Origin: Nitrospinaceae bacterium
Lineage (GTDB): Bacteria; Nitrospinota; Nitrospinia; Nitrospinales; Nitrospinaceae
Reading direction: 5' to 3'
Length of the DNA: 20,792 nucleotides
Assembly (NCBI GenBank): GCA_965223665.1
Contig: CBDCXH010000005.1
Location: 1 to 20,792, forward strand
Position numbers and translations under genes: made by a program
The notes under the pieces: model-generated
Databases searched by the model: none
The model's input: only the letters and a program-made list of their open reading frames with translations
What the model was told of the DNA's origin: nothing
In this document: positions 7,528-15,854 of the stretch, piece by piece
How the letters are laid out: every line of letters begins with the position of its first letter
Numbering within the stretch: the stretch's first letter is position 1

Positions 7528-9521
7528 TACCGTAACTTCCTTTCAAACTTCACCAAGGGCACAATGACTTCCTCAACGGCAATGCCTCCATGACCAACAA
7601 TTGATTCATCAAGATTTACAAACGCATCGCTGGCACCGGCAACGAGTGGGAAATAGTCCGGCGGAAGGCCCACTGGTTGCCACTCGTGGGCAAAAGTAAA
7701 TGTGCTGGCCACCTGAGATCGCAACTCCGACGTTGGATAAACCCGAACTCTCTCACCACGTGTTTCAGCGATGACGCCTTCCGAAGGACGGCCCTTGCCA
7801 CGGCATTCAATATTACCGTGATCAGACGTCATCCAGACTTCATAGCCGTTATCCAGCAAATACCCGATCAGTGATCCGAGAAAACCTCCCTGGCACCACT
7901 GTTTAATCTGATTGTGCATTCCGGCTACACCAAGCTGCATACCGTGCATGATTTTGTCGACCTTGTCCACGACCAAACCAATTGCCTTAGTTTTACCAGG
8001 ATGCATTGTTTTTTCCAATATGCTTTCAACGTCGCCATCGCTCAGGCCTCGTTGGTAGGAAATGTCGAGACGGGAAAGACCAATGCCTTCCCAGAACTGC
8101 TTCCAGAGATTACCTTCGCTGTTGGTTGAATTAATTGACGATGGGAAATACAGTGGTGGTTTACCGGAAAAGATCGCCTGCCTAGATACAGATGTCAACG
8201 TCGGAATCCAAGCGAAGGTCGCAGATTCTCGCATAATCAGACTCCGATCCTGATCCTGGAGAGTCCGGCGAATGGTGACCCACTGATCCAACGCAAGCCC
8301 ATCGACCACAAGTAGGGCAACGCGACCTTCCTTCATATCTTCCAGACAGCGGGCCAGACATCGCGGGACATGGTGTAGCATCGCTGGGCTGGTCGGTGGC
8401 AAGTTGATCAAGCTAGCATAGTGAGCACTCAGCCACTGGGCAAAGGTTGCGTTCAAACCATCACCCATTTCCCTCAGCTTGTTCTTATCCGCTTCGTTGG
8501 AGCTACAGTGAACCAAGGCAGACAATTCGGCCCATTTCATAGCAAAGAAAGTCCAATCCGAATACTGGGCTTCTACAGTAGGAATACCATTCTCAGCAAG
8601 CCCGAAGAGGCGAGAAATACGCACTTCGTTATTATCCGCATCTGCTGCAATGATGCCGCAGCGTATCCAGGAATCAGTATCAATGACAACCTCGGGCTTC
8701 TGTATTGGGGAGAGTTTCCCTTCAACGAATAGATTACCGATGTAAACTCTGATGTCTTGATGATCAAACGGCAGGACATCAGGCCCCGCATATTTAAGAC
8801 CATACTCCGGGTCGTTCTCACACACCTGGTCTGACGTGCCTAGTTTATTTAAGAATAGCGGCCAGCGCTCCTGGAGAAATTCAAAGAAGGTTTCCCCATC
8901 CGGCACGATCTCATCCAGTGGCCATGCATGAAAGCAGTTATGCCCATTGAGTACCTGCACAATTCGATCAGCCAGTGCTTGTGGGATCTGAGTTTTATTG
9001 TTGTGCTGGCGGAGTAGTGTTCTCAATAGATCCACTTCATTCGTAATCAGTTCAGCCGCAATGCCGAACACCTGCCGCAAAATAAAGTCCTTGGTTGCAT
9101 TGTCCCCCATACGGTCGGGTGTCGACTTGCTCTGCGCCTCGAAGAGAATGTCCAGTAGACTGCGATCCAACTTTTCAATAACCCGATAGCTTAGATTTGG
9201 GAAAAGTCCGCCCAGATCAAAGGCCAACTTTCTTCCAGCCTGAAGTAAATCATACGGCAGAGATTTCAGTTCCGCATCCTGAAGACGAAGAATGACAACT
9301 AGATCGGTATGCTCACCACGATCCCAGATCGAGCGATATTTCGATTCATAGGCGTAACGGAACTCGACCGGATCGTTGAATTCAATCAGATCAAAACCCC
9401 GGTGGCGCAACTCAAGTGCTAGCATCTCCTCGGTTAGCAGACTGTCCGGGTCGGCGACCAGGGTGAGCTTGCTGACGTTCGGGACAAAATCGTTCAGGAT
9501 GGCGTCTCGCCAACTTCTCAT
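7527..9521 (-). CDS. pglZ: BREX-3 PglZ (alkaline-phosphatase superfamily)
   Basis: VVDGL, PTLTSVSRQAIF, TSDHG and HGG motifs; operon context. Confidence 0.93.
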   Translation of the reverse strand: MRSWRDAILNDFVPNVSKLTLVADPDSLLTEEMLALELRHRGFDLIEFNDPVEFRYAYESKYRSIWDRGEHTDLVVILRLQDAELKSLPYDLLQAGRKLAFDLGGLFPNLSYRVIEKLDRSLLDILFEAQSKSTPDRMGDNATKDFILRQVFGIAAELITNEVDLLRTLLRQHNNKTQIPQALADRIVQVLNGHNCFHAWPLDEIVPDGETFFEFLQERWPLFLNKLGTSDQVCENDPEYGLKYAGPDVLPFDHQDIRVYIGNLFVEGKLSPIQKPEVVIDTDSWIRCGIIAADADNNEVRISRLFGLAENGIPTVEAQYSDWTFFAMKWAELSALVHCSSNEADKNKLREMGDGLNATFAQWLSAHYASLINLPPTSPAMLHHVPRCLARCLEDMKEGRVALLVVDGLALDQWVTIRRTLQDQDRSLIMRESATFAWIPTLTSVSRQAIFSGKPPLYFPSSINSTNSEGNLWKQFWEGIGLSRLDISYQRGLSDGDVESILEKTMHPGKTKAIGLVVDKVDKIMHGMQLGVAGMHNQIKQWCQGGFLGSLIGYLLDNGYEVWMTSDHGNIECRGKGRPSEGVIAETRGERVRVYPTSELRSQVASTFTFAHEWQPVGLPPDYFPLVAGASDAFVNLDESIVGHGGIAVEEVIVPLVKFERKLR

Positions 9522-9982
9522 TGAGGGCCCCTCTTGATAATGCGCATCAGCAATAGTGGTCTAATTTTTGGAACGACCTGGCTAGCTAATTCGAGTTCAC
9601 TTCGCCAATCGGCTTCATCGGCCAACAGATAACCAAATTGATAGCCATAGATGGCTCGGGATAAGGCATGGATCTGGTGTGGCAACGGGATGACCTTAGA
9701 CTCGATAGGAGCCAGTAGCACATGGTCATCAGACTTGCTGGTGCTACCTTCCAAAACTTCAGACACTTTTACTGCCGCCACGATATAATTAATGCGATGA
9801 GCTTCGACATCGGGCTGCAATTCGGCCCCCAGTGGACACAATGCGGAGCGGGAAACCCGCACTACGGCATCCTGGTTTGGCAGCCAGACCCGACAAACCA
9901 TCTGTCCCCACAATGTCTGTTCTTCGACCTTGCAGGCACAGTTATGGATGGTTCTGTATTGCCATTGGTCCTCCATCGTCAT
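9518..9982 (-). pseudogene. brxHII: BrxHII SNF2-type helicase remnant with an internal in-frame deletion
   Basis: N-terminus runs through the Q-motif PLPHQ to LLADE, where GLGKT (motif I) should follow, but continues into ADWRSELE...IRPLLLMRI and stops after 154 aa. It sits in the brxHII slot and is coupled to both neighbours. Confidence 0.85.
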
Positions 9983-11028
9983 TACCCAGGTATTGAAAAA
10001 TCATTGTGGAAAACAACTGACGCTAACTCGATTGTCCCGTCGGAACATTCCCAGAAGTGGAGATGAAACTCTCTATCGATGTCTCGCCGCTGGGCTTTAT
10101 CAGCACCACGCATTCGTTGTGGGTCATTGCCACCAGGGCCAGTTCTAAGCGAATGAACATAAGCCAAATTCTGGCCTTTAATTGTTTCTATGATCGAGCG
10201 AAGTATTTTCGGCGGCAATGAATCACTTTGGCTCACACAACACTGCTGGCAGGTTTCTCTAAAATTAGCACCAATGCTTGGCACTGATGTATTACTCCAA
10301 TCTGGAATATCTTTTTGCTCAAGATCATATTTAAATAAGGCAATTCGAAGTGATAGTTTAATCCCAAGATCATCTGATGCGCCAACGAATATTGCTGCCT
10401 CGTCAAGACATTGTATTAGCCCATTGAAATCGTCGCATACTAATACCTCGCCTTCAAAGAATTCTGGTGGGCAAGGCAAAACGGGGAGATCGTCTCGTTC
10501 GTGCTCAATCTCATGAATTTGCGCTCTGACTTTAATGACCTGTTTTGGTGCTTCTCTCAATATGAAAGAATGCCCAGCAAGTGGTTGCGAACAATGTTTT
10601 CGGAGAATTGCAATTAGGGTGATACATCGCGCCAAATCCGATTGGAGTCCCTCCCAAGCTGTCAGTCTTATTATGTCCGGGTCTGTCTCAAGATGATCCG
10701 TTAGAACATCTTTTAATCGATAGTATGTTTCAAAAGAAGGGGTGATGGTCAGTAGTCGATCTACAATTGTAGCGACCGTGTTTACGTCATATTCGGATAT
10801 TCCATGCGCATCGAATATCTCACTAAGCTGATTCCGTAATGGATAAAGATTATCCGCAATAAGAGCTTCAGATGCCCTTTCGCTCATACGAATGGCTACC
10901 CAAGGTTCATCCAGGAGTTTGCTCCAATCCAGCAGCGTATCAATGTACTGATAAGCGTCATCAATGGTACAGGTGGATTGAGGAGCTGCAAGGATTCCAG
11001 CATCAATTGTTACGCTGAAATTATTCAT
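9982..11028 (-). CDS. Hypothetical protein; putative effector with a RelE/ParE-like C-terminal pattern
   Basis: 348 aa from the ATG at 11028 (GTG at 11031 is an alternative start); overlaps the ATPase stop. C-terminus RRDIDREFHLHFW...IELASVVFH resembles the end of RelE-fold RNases (inference). Confidence 0.7.
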   Translation of the reverse strand: MNNFSVTIDAGILAAPQSTCTIDDAYQYIDTLLDWSKLLDEPWVAIRMSERASEALIADNLYPLRNQLSEIFDAHGISEYDVNTVATIVDRLLTITPSFETYYRLKDVLTDHLETDPDIIRLTAWEGLQSDLARCITLIAILRKHCSQPLAGHSFILREAPKQVIKVRAQIHEIEHERDDLPVLPCPPEFFEGEVLVCDDFNGLIQCLDEAAIFVGASDDLGIKLSLRIALFKYDLEQKDIPDWSNTSVPSIGANFRETCQQCCVSQSDSLPPKILRSIIETIKGQNLAYVHSLRTGPGGNDPQRMRGADKAQRRDIDREFHLHFWECSDGTIELASVVFHNDFSIPG

Positions 11029-12937
11029 CACTCTTCTTTCTGCTTGCTTTTCTTTTTACAGTGGCGGCCCGCAAAATTTCTTCCGCCTGTTGCTGAGATT
11101 GATCAAAAAAGCCCTCTGGCCAGTCGGAGATAGCACCATACTCATTGATGATGACTTCGCGGAAAGAAGAGTTTTCCAGTGGTTTTTCGACGAAGTAAAT
11201 CTTTGTCTGGCTATTGAGTTCTTTGCCCGAGGCTGCTGCAATTCGGAATCTCAGACGGTCAATAAAATACTCGCTGTGAGTTTCAACGATACACTGCTTG
11301 TTACATATAGCCATCGACAAGAAAAAATCTCCTAGGAGCGTCTGAACCTTGGGGTGAAGGTGTAATTCTGGTTGCTCGAACACTAGTGTTGAGTCTGTGT
11401 CGGCCAAAAGGCACATTACTAGGATAGGAAGAACCTGGCTGACACCAACGCCGACATGCGTAAGATCATGAGTGGCATCTGAGTTGGCTAATCCTACCTT
11501 TAACTCATACCCTAACTTACCTTGATCACGACTTTTTACTGAGCTTGCAACGCCGAGGTATTGAAGCCAGTCAATAACTGCGGCCTCAAGGGTTCTCGTA
11601 ACTGTTTTACGGTTAATTGTTGGTGTTTCGAAGTGTGCTGAGGGAATGTACTCTATTTTTTTGTTCTTGTGCAGCTCAAGAATAGAGGCTGTGTGCTCGC
11701 CACGCAATCCAACATCATGTGGATCTGCTGCTGGCGCAAGTGGGTACAGGGGTTTAGGAGCATCCCTCAGTGGGCCAAGATACTTTAGTGATGAAGCAAA
11801 AAAATTATCTAAATAACACGCGGATTCTGTGATCTGCCGTGGTGGACGGGTTTGAACAAAATCATGATGTTCTGATGACGATGGACTCGATTCCTTCATT
11901 GCCCCAACGATGCGATCAAAGAGGTCGTCTGACTCTCGCAAGGCTTGCTGGATCTTCATTCTGGTATTACGTGGCAATGACCGCATGTGCTCATTCCAAG
12001 CCCTGAACGACATCGATTCGGAATCAGAACCGAAGAGGTGTTGCTGCTGATCCTTATCCCTGAAAGCATCGTCAAAATCTATGATATCCTCAAGTACATC
12101 ACGCAACACAGAAATAATCTCTTTAGAAAAAAGAATGTCTCTGCCTAGACGGTGCCGGAGTCCAATGGCACGACGGCCATCATCTTGCAGCACCATAATG
12201 AGCGCGTTGGCTTCTTCTTGGATGGTGTCAATTCCGTAAACGACACGCTCTGGAAGAAAGTGGCGTAGGACGCAACCAATGGCGCGGGCCGAACGAAAAT
12301 CTTCTTTTACTTCAGCCATGGATGTGTCGTCAATGTCGACGTCATAGGAGAGGCTGGTACGGAGCTGATCATCGATTTCACCGATGGTGTCCATGCCATC
12401 AATTTCAGAAAAACCTTTATTGGAAAGGCGGACTGCAATCTCTGCGCTTTTATCTACATTATCCTCATCTCTTGATGTGCAGCTTAATTCGCTCGCGAAT
12501 AACCTTGGCTGTATTTGAAACAAGTCTCTCAGAGAACTGGAAGGATCTGCATCAAATGAAATTTCGCATGTTATTTCCCGAAGCTGATATGATTGTAGAC
12601 CATAATAAAAATCCCTTCCAAATGGAACAGACCTCCGATGCGCTATCCTGTCAGGATCAGATAATGGACGGCAAGTACATTTGATTGAGATTTGATCTGA
12701 CACACTACCGTTCGACTTCAGGTCGTCGAATTGGCCAAGGCTCGTAAGCGCTCCGTTCAAAACTACTGATCGAGAGCTCACCTTATGGGCGAGTGTTTGA
12801 GCCACAAGCAGGATCGACTGGATAAATGTACTCTTACCACTGCTATTCGCTCCGGCGAAAATGGTAAGTGGTCCGAGATCCAATTCAGTCTCCTCCCGAA
12901 TTGACTTAAAATTAAACACCTTCCATTTGGTGATCAT
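11021..12937 (-). CDS. ABC-type (AAA_15/AAA_21-like) ATPase with a DUF3696-like C-terminus
   Basis: NFKS start; Walker A GANSSGKS; YLGPLR; signature-like GVGVSQ; Walker B VFEQPELHLHP; H-loop ETHS; C-terminal WPEGFFDQ. Confidence 0.9.
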   Translation of the reverse strand: MITKWKVFNFKSIREETELDLGPLTIFAGANSSGKSTFIQSILLVAQTLAHKVSSRSVVLNGALTSLGQFDDLKSNGSVSDQISIKCTCRPLSDPDRIAHRRSVPFGRDFYYGLQSYQLREITCEISFDADPSSSLRDLFQIQPRLFASELSCTSRDEDNVDKSAEIAVRLSNKGFSEIDGMDTIGEIDDQLRTSLSYDVDIDDTSMAEVKEDFRSARAIGCVLRHFLPERVVYGIDTIQEEANALIMVLQDDGRRAIGLRHRLGRDILFSKEIISVLRDVLEDIIDFDDAFRDKDQQQHLFGSDSESMSFRAWNEHMRSLPRNTRMKIQQALRESDDLFDRIVGAMKESSPSSSEHHDFVQTRPPRQITESACYLDNFFASSLKYLGPLRDAPKPLYPLAPAADPHDVGLRGEHTASILELHKNKKIEYIPSAHFETPTINRKTVTRTLEAAVIDWLQYLGVASSVKSRDQGKLGYELKVGLANSDATHDLTHVGVGVSQVLPILVMCLLADTDSTLVFEQPELHLHPKVQTLLGDFFLSMAICNKQCIVETHSEYFIDRLRFRIAAASGKELNSQTKIYFVEKPLENSSFREVIINEYGAISDWPEGFFDQSQQQAEEILRAATVKRKASRKKSDE

Positions 12938-12940
12938 TTG

Positions 12941-15787
12941 CTACTCGCCTCCCATTCTTGTTACTGCCTGGTCGTACCACATGAGCAATTTTGGATCTTC
13001 TTCGAGGATTTTGTTGGGGATTTTGTTAGCTACGGCCACAATGATGGCATAGTCCCGCTCCTGCCAGGCTTTTTTGAAACCCGTGCGGACAGCCTCCAAA
13101 CGAAAGGCCTTAAGTTGCTTTTTAACCTGCTTGTATTCCTCAAATTCCTTGAGCAGGTCTTTCTCGCGCAGTTTTTCGAGGTCGCCCGCCTTGTTAGGGT
13201 CGGGCACATACCAGCGGTCTTGTGCCTTTGCCACCAGTGACGAAGCGTCCTTGGGCAGATTACGCAATTCCTTCCAATTGGATGAGAGGTAAGCGTGGAT
13301 CTGCTCTGGCACTAATCCTTTTCCATCATAACGAAGGAAGTTTTGTTCAAGTAGCGTTGATAATTCAAGTGGAATCTCATTCTTATTCCAGCCACTGATT
13401 TCACGCATAAACAGCGGATGCAACTCTTGAAAAGATTGCGGCCGTTCTTTTAATAGTTGTCGTAGCCATTGTATGGCCGTCGCTTCATCCGAGATAAAGA
13501 ATGATGCTTGTATAAGCTCCTTACAAAGCATTCTCTTTCTGTCATAATCAGCGACTTGATCAGCTAAGAAAAACATCCCATCCCTTTCTGAAAAACGCTG
13601 CGTGAGGCCCAGGTAAAAGTTAGAAGAAGAGATTGAAACAGGCACTCCTCTTTGAACGTGAAAGGCGACCATTCGGTCAAACAACAGATAATTCTGTCTT
13701 TCCAAAATAGCTTCTGCCCGTCCATCTTTATATGTAAATACTGGAAGTTGCTTCAGATGTGTTCTAACAAAGTCCCAGACACCTTCTTCAGTGCCAGCTT
13801 CATGTCCGAATCGTTTCTCTAATCCCCCATTAGGCTTATATGCTGAGATAATTAGGTCTTGTTTTACCGCATTGGTGCTTGTCATTTGTTGCATTGTCAT
13901 CTGTTTTTTGTCTAATGTGCGTACATCAGCAACAACAAAACCTGCAAATTGCAAGGCTTCTTGTATCGATACCCATACACTATTTTTTGAATTGTGAAAC
14001 TCTACAGTCATCCATCTACCAGGCTTTAATGCTTTGTAATAATTATCAAAACATTGAGTCATTAGTGCTTGGTATTCGGCCATGCCTTTAGATTGCTTTT
14101 TGCTTACTACCGCCTCTTGGTGAGTGTTCTCAACTATCCCAAGCCAACTATCCCAAATAAAGTTCAAATCAGAGTACATTATATTTCCGCCAAATGGCGG
14201 ATCAGTAAAAATATAATCGACAGAATTTTCACACAGGAAGTTGTCAGCACTGGATCGTGCGTTAACCAAATTTAAAGAGGTCCGGTTTAAGGAGAGCAAT
14301 TTTTTTATTTTTTTTATTTTTCCTTTCAAAGCATACTCCAAAGACACTTCTGTGGTGAATGGGGCCACATACAGGGTTCCTTTGAGATACCTATTTACTT
14401 GAGAAAACGAAGCTTCCAAATAGCGATTGAGTTTGGAAAAACCTAGAATGCCAGTTTGAATCCAAAATTTAAGAGTAAGACTTTGTTTCGATGCATCTGC
14501 TCTGTTCCACGCAATAGCTAGCATGGCTAATGTTCGTTTCGTATAAAAGTGATGTATATGCGTAAGACCAATGTTATCGTTTCGTCTTGCCTCATCTCCA
14601 TCAGGCATTCTTAGACATGGGAACGCAAAATCTATTTTGTAGTTTTCAATCTTGTAAAGTGTATCGAGATCGTCTCTGTCAGGTGTTTTTTCAAATTTTT
14701 GTCCATCGTATGAGTAATTTATTAAAACCGGTTGTTGTTTTATTTGGGATACCGTGGTGCCTAGAGTACTGTCATATCGGGTTTCTTTAACTCTTTCCCA
14801 TTTTTTAAGCACCGATTCTGAAGAACACCCTGAACATTTAATGGGTTCATCTTTTTTCTTTCTATATCTTGTGTCGGGATCGACTGCGAGATCCCAATAT
14901 GTAGATTCATAACCACAATTTTCGCAGCGAAATACCTCGCTCCATACTGTATAGTTAATTTTCCCTGGCCGATTGTCAGTATGCTTAGTTTTATACATCC
15001 ACCCGCATTGCTCTTCGGCTTCCTTGAGAATACGCTTGGCTTCCTTTTCAAAAGAAGCGACATCCACCGATGTATTATAGTTATATGCTATGAAGGTAGC
15101 AGCAGGTGACAAGTCATTCAATACTGCCCGGCGCATGCCTAGTTTACCAAAAGGTTTCCATACCTTCTGGCCTTTCTCATTAATTTCTTCCTGCAAAATG
15201 GTGCCGTCTGGTTTTACCTGATAGCCAAGCGACATGACCGTATCTCGATCACCACACATTTGGGCGGCAACGCCGGTCATACCTGTGCCGCAAAAACCAT
15301 CGAAAACAATATCCCCTGGCTCGGTGTAATGCAGGATGTAACGCATGATGGCCTTGTGAGGGACCTTGGTGTGGTAGGAGTGTACATTGTAAATAGGATC
15401 GCTCTTGCCTTCGCTTACGTCAGCTGCGAACGGTTCACGGTGGTATTGGTAGTCCTCTGGTTTTTCTGGCTTTTCCCCTTCCCATTCGGCAATAAAATCG
15501 GCAACCCAGGGATTCGGGCAGGCCGTATAGTACGGCGGATCGCTTAAGGTCAGGATATTCTCATCGCTGCCGATGGGAAAGCCCTCGATCTTACGAAACT
15601 CCAGATCGCGTAGCTTTTTGCGTAGCTTTTCGTTGAAGTACTTGCGCCGTTCCTCGTCATTGTTAAAGGTCATGCCGAGACAGGTCACCGGTTCTGATTG
15701 GGGCAATATCTCCTCCTCAAAAAGTTGGTCGGAGCCTTTTTTTGCAGGAACCATTCTAGTTTGGAATAGATTGTCTTGCTTGGTCAT
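12941..15787 (-). CDS. pglXI: BREX-3 DNA amino-methyltransferase PglXI
   Basis: SAM-binding DGFCGTGMTG; catalytic TDPPF; zinc ribbon CENC...CSGC; HSYHTKVP motif; lies downstream of brxC. Confidence 0.9.
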   Translation of the reverse strand: MTKQDNLFQTRMVPAKKGSDQLFEEEILPQSEPVTCLGMTFNNDEERRKYFNEKLRKKLRDLEFRKIEGFPIGSDENILTLSDPPYYTACPNPWVADFIAEWEGEKPEKPEDYQYHREPFAADVSEGKSDPIYNVHSYHTKVPHKAIMRYILHYTEPGDIVFDGFCGTGMTGVAAQMCGDRDTVMSLGYQVKPDGTILQEEINEKGQKVWKPFGKLGMRRAVLNDLSPAATFIAYNYNTSVDVASFEKEAKRILKEAEEQCGWMYKTKHTDNRPGKINYTVWSEVFRCENCGYESTYWDLAVDPDTRYRKKKDEPIKCSGCSSESVLKKWERVKETRYDSTLGTTVSQIKQQPVLINYSYDGQKFEKTPDRDDLDTLYKIENYKIDFAFPCLRMPDGDEARRNDNIGLTHIHHFYTKRTLAMLAIAWNRADASKQSLTLKFWIQTGILGFSKLNRYLEASFSQVNRYLKGTLYVAPFTTEVSLEYALKGKIKKIKKLLSLNRTSLNLVNARSSADNFLCENSVDYIFTDPPFGGNIMYSDLNFIWDSWLGIVENTHQEAVVSKKQSKGMAEYQALMTQCFDNYYKALKPGRWMTVEFHNSKNSVWVSIQEALQFAGFVVADVRTLDKKQMTMQQMTSTNAVKQDLIISAYKPNGGLEKRFGHEAGTEEGVWDFVRTHLKQLPVFTYKDGRAEAILERQNYLLFDRMVAFHVQRGVPVSISSSNFYLGLTQRFSERDGMFFLADQVADYDRKRMLCKELIQASFFISDEATAIQWLRQLLKERPQSFQELHPLFMREISGWNKNEIPLELSTLLEQNFLRYDGKGLVPEQIHAYLSSNWKELRNLPKDASSLVAKAQDRWYVPDPNKAGDLEKLREKDLLKEFEEYKQVKKQLKAFRLEAVRTGFKKAWQERDYAIIVAVANKIPNKILEEDPKLLMWYDQAVTRMGGE

Positions 15788-15843
15788 TAGTAATCTTTCT
15801 GGTTGCTGCCGCAGTAAATTAAAATTCGCTTTTCATCGATCAT
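15787..15843 (-). CDS. 18-aa mini-ORF (MIDEKRILIYCGSNQKDY) coupled to pglXI
   Basis: ATG at 15843 preceded by AGGA; its TAA overlaps the pglXI ATG (TAATG); fills most of the brxC-pglXI gap. Confidence 0.4.
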   Translation of the reverse strand: MIDEKRILIYCGSNQKDY

Positions 15844-15854
15844 TTTATTGTTTC

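Noticed and set aside
11021-12937. Calling the ATPase pair PARIS, Septu or Gabija outright
   Set aside because: The partner shows no recognisable TOPRIM, HNH or UvrD motifs; only the ABC-ATPase class is shared.
15525-15545. N-terminal DPPY in PglXI as a second catalytic motif
   Set aside because: It lacks the preceding beta-strand context; VDYIFTDPPF is the convincing motif IV.
15608-15630. GCGTAGCTTTT tandem duplication
   Set aside because: It simply encodes the KLRK-KLR helical repeat; two copies only.
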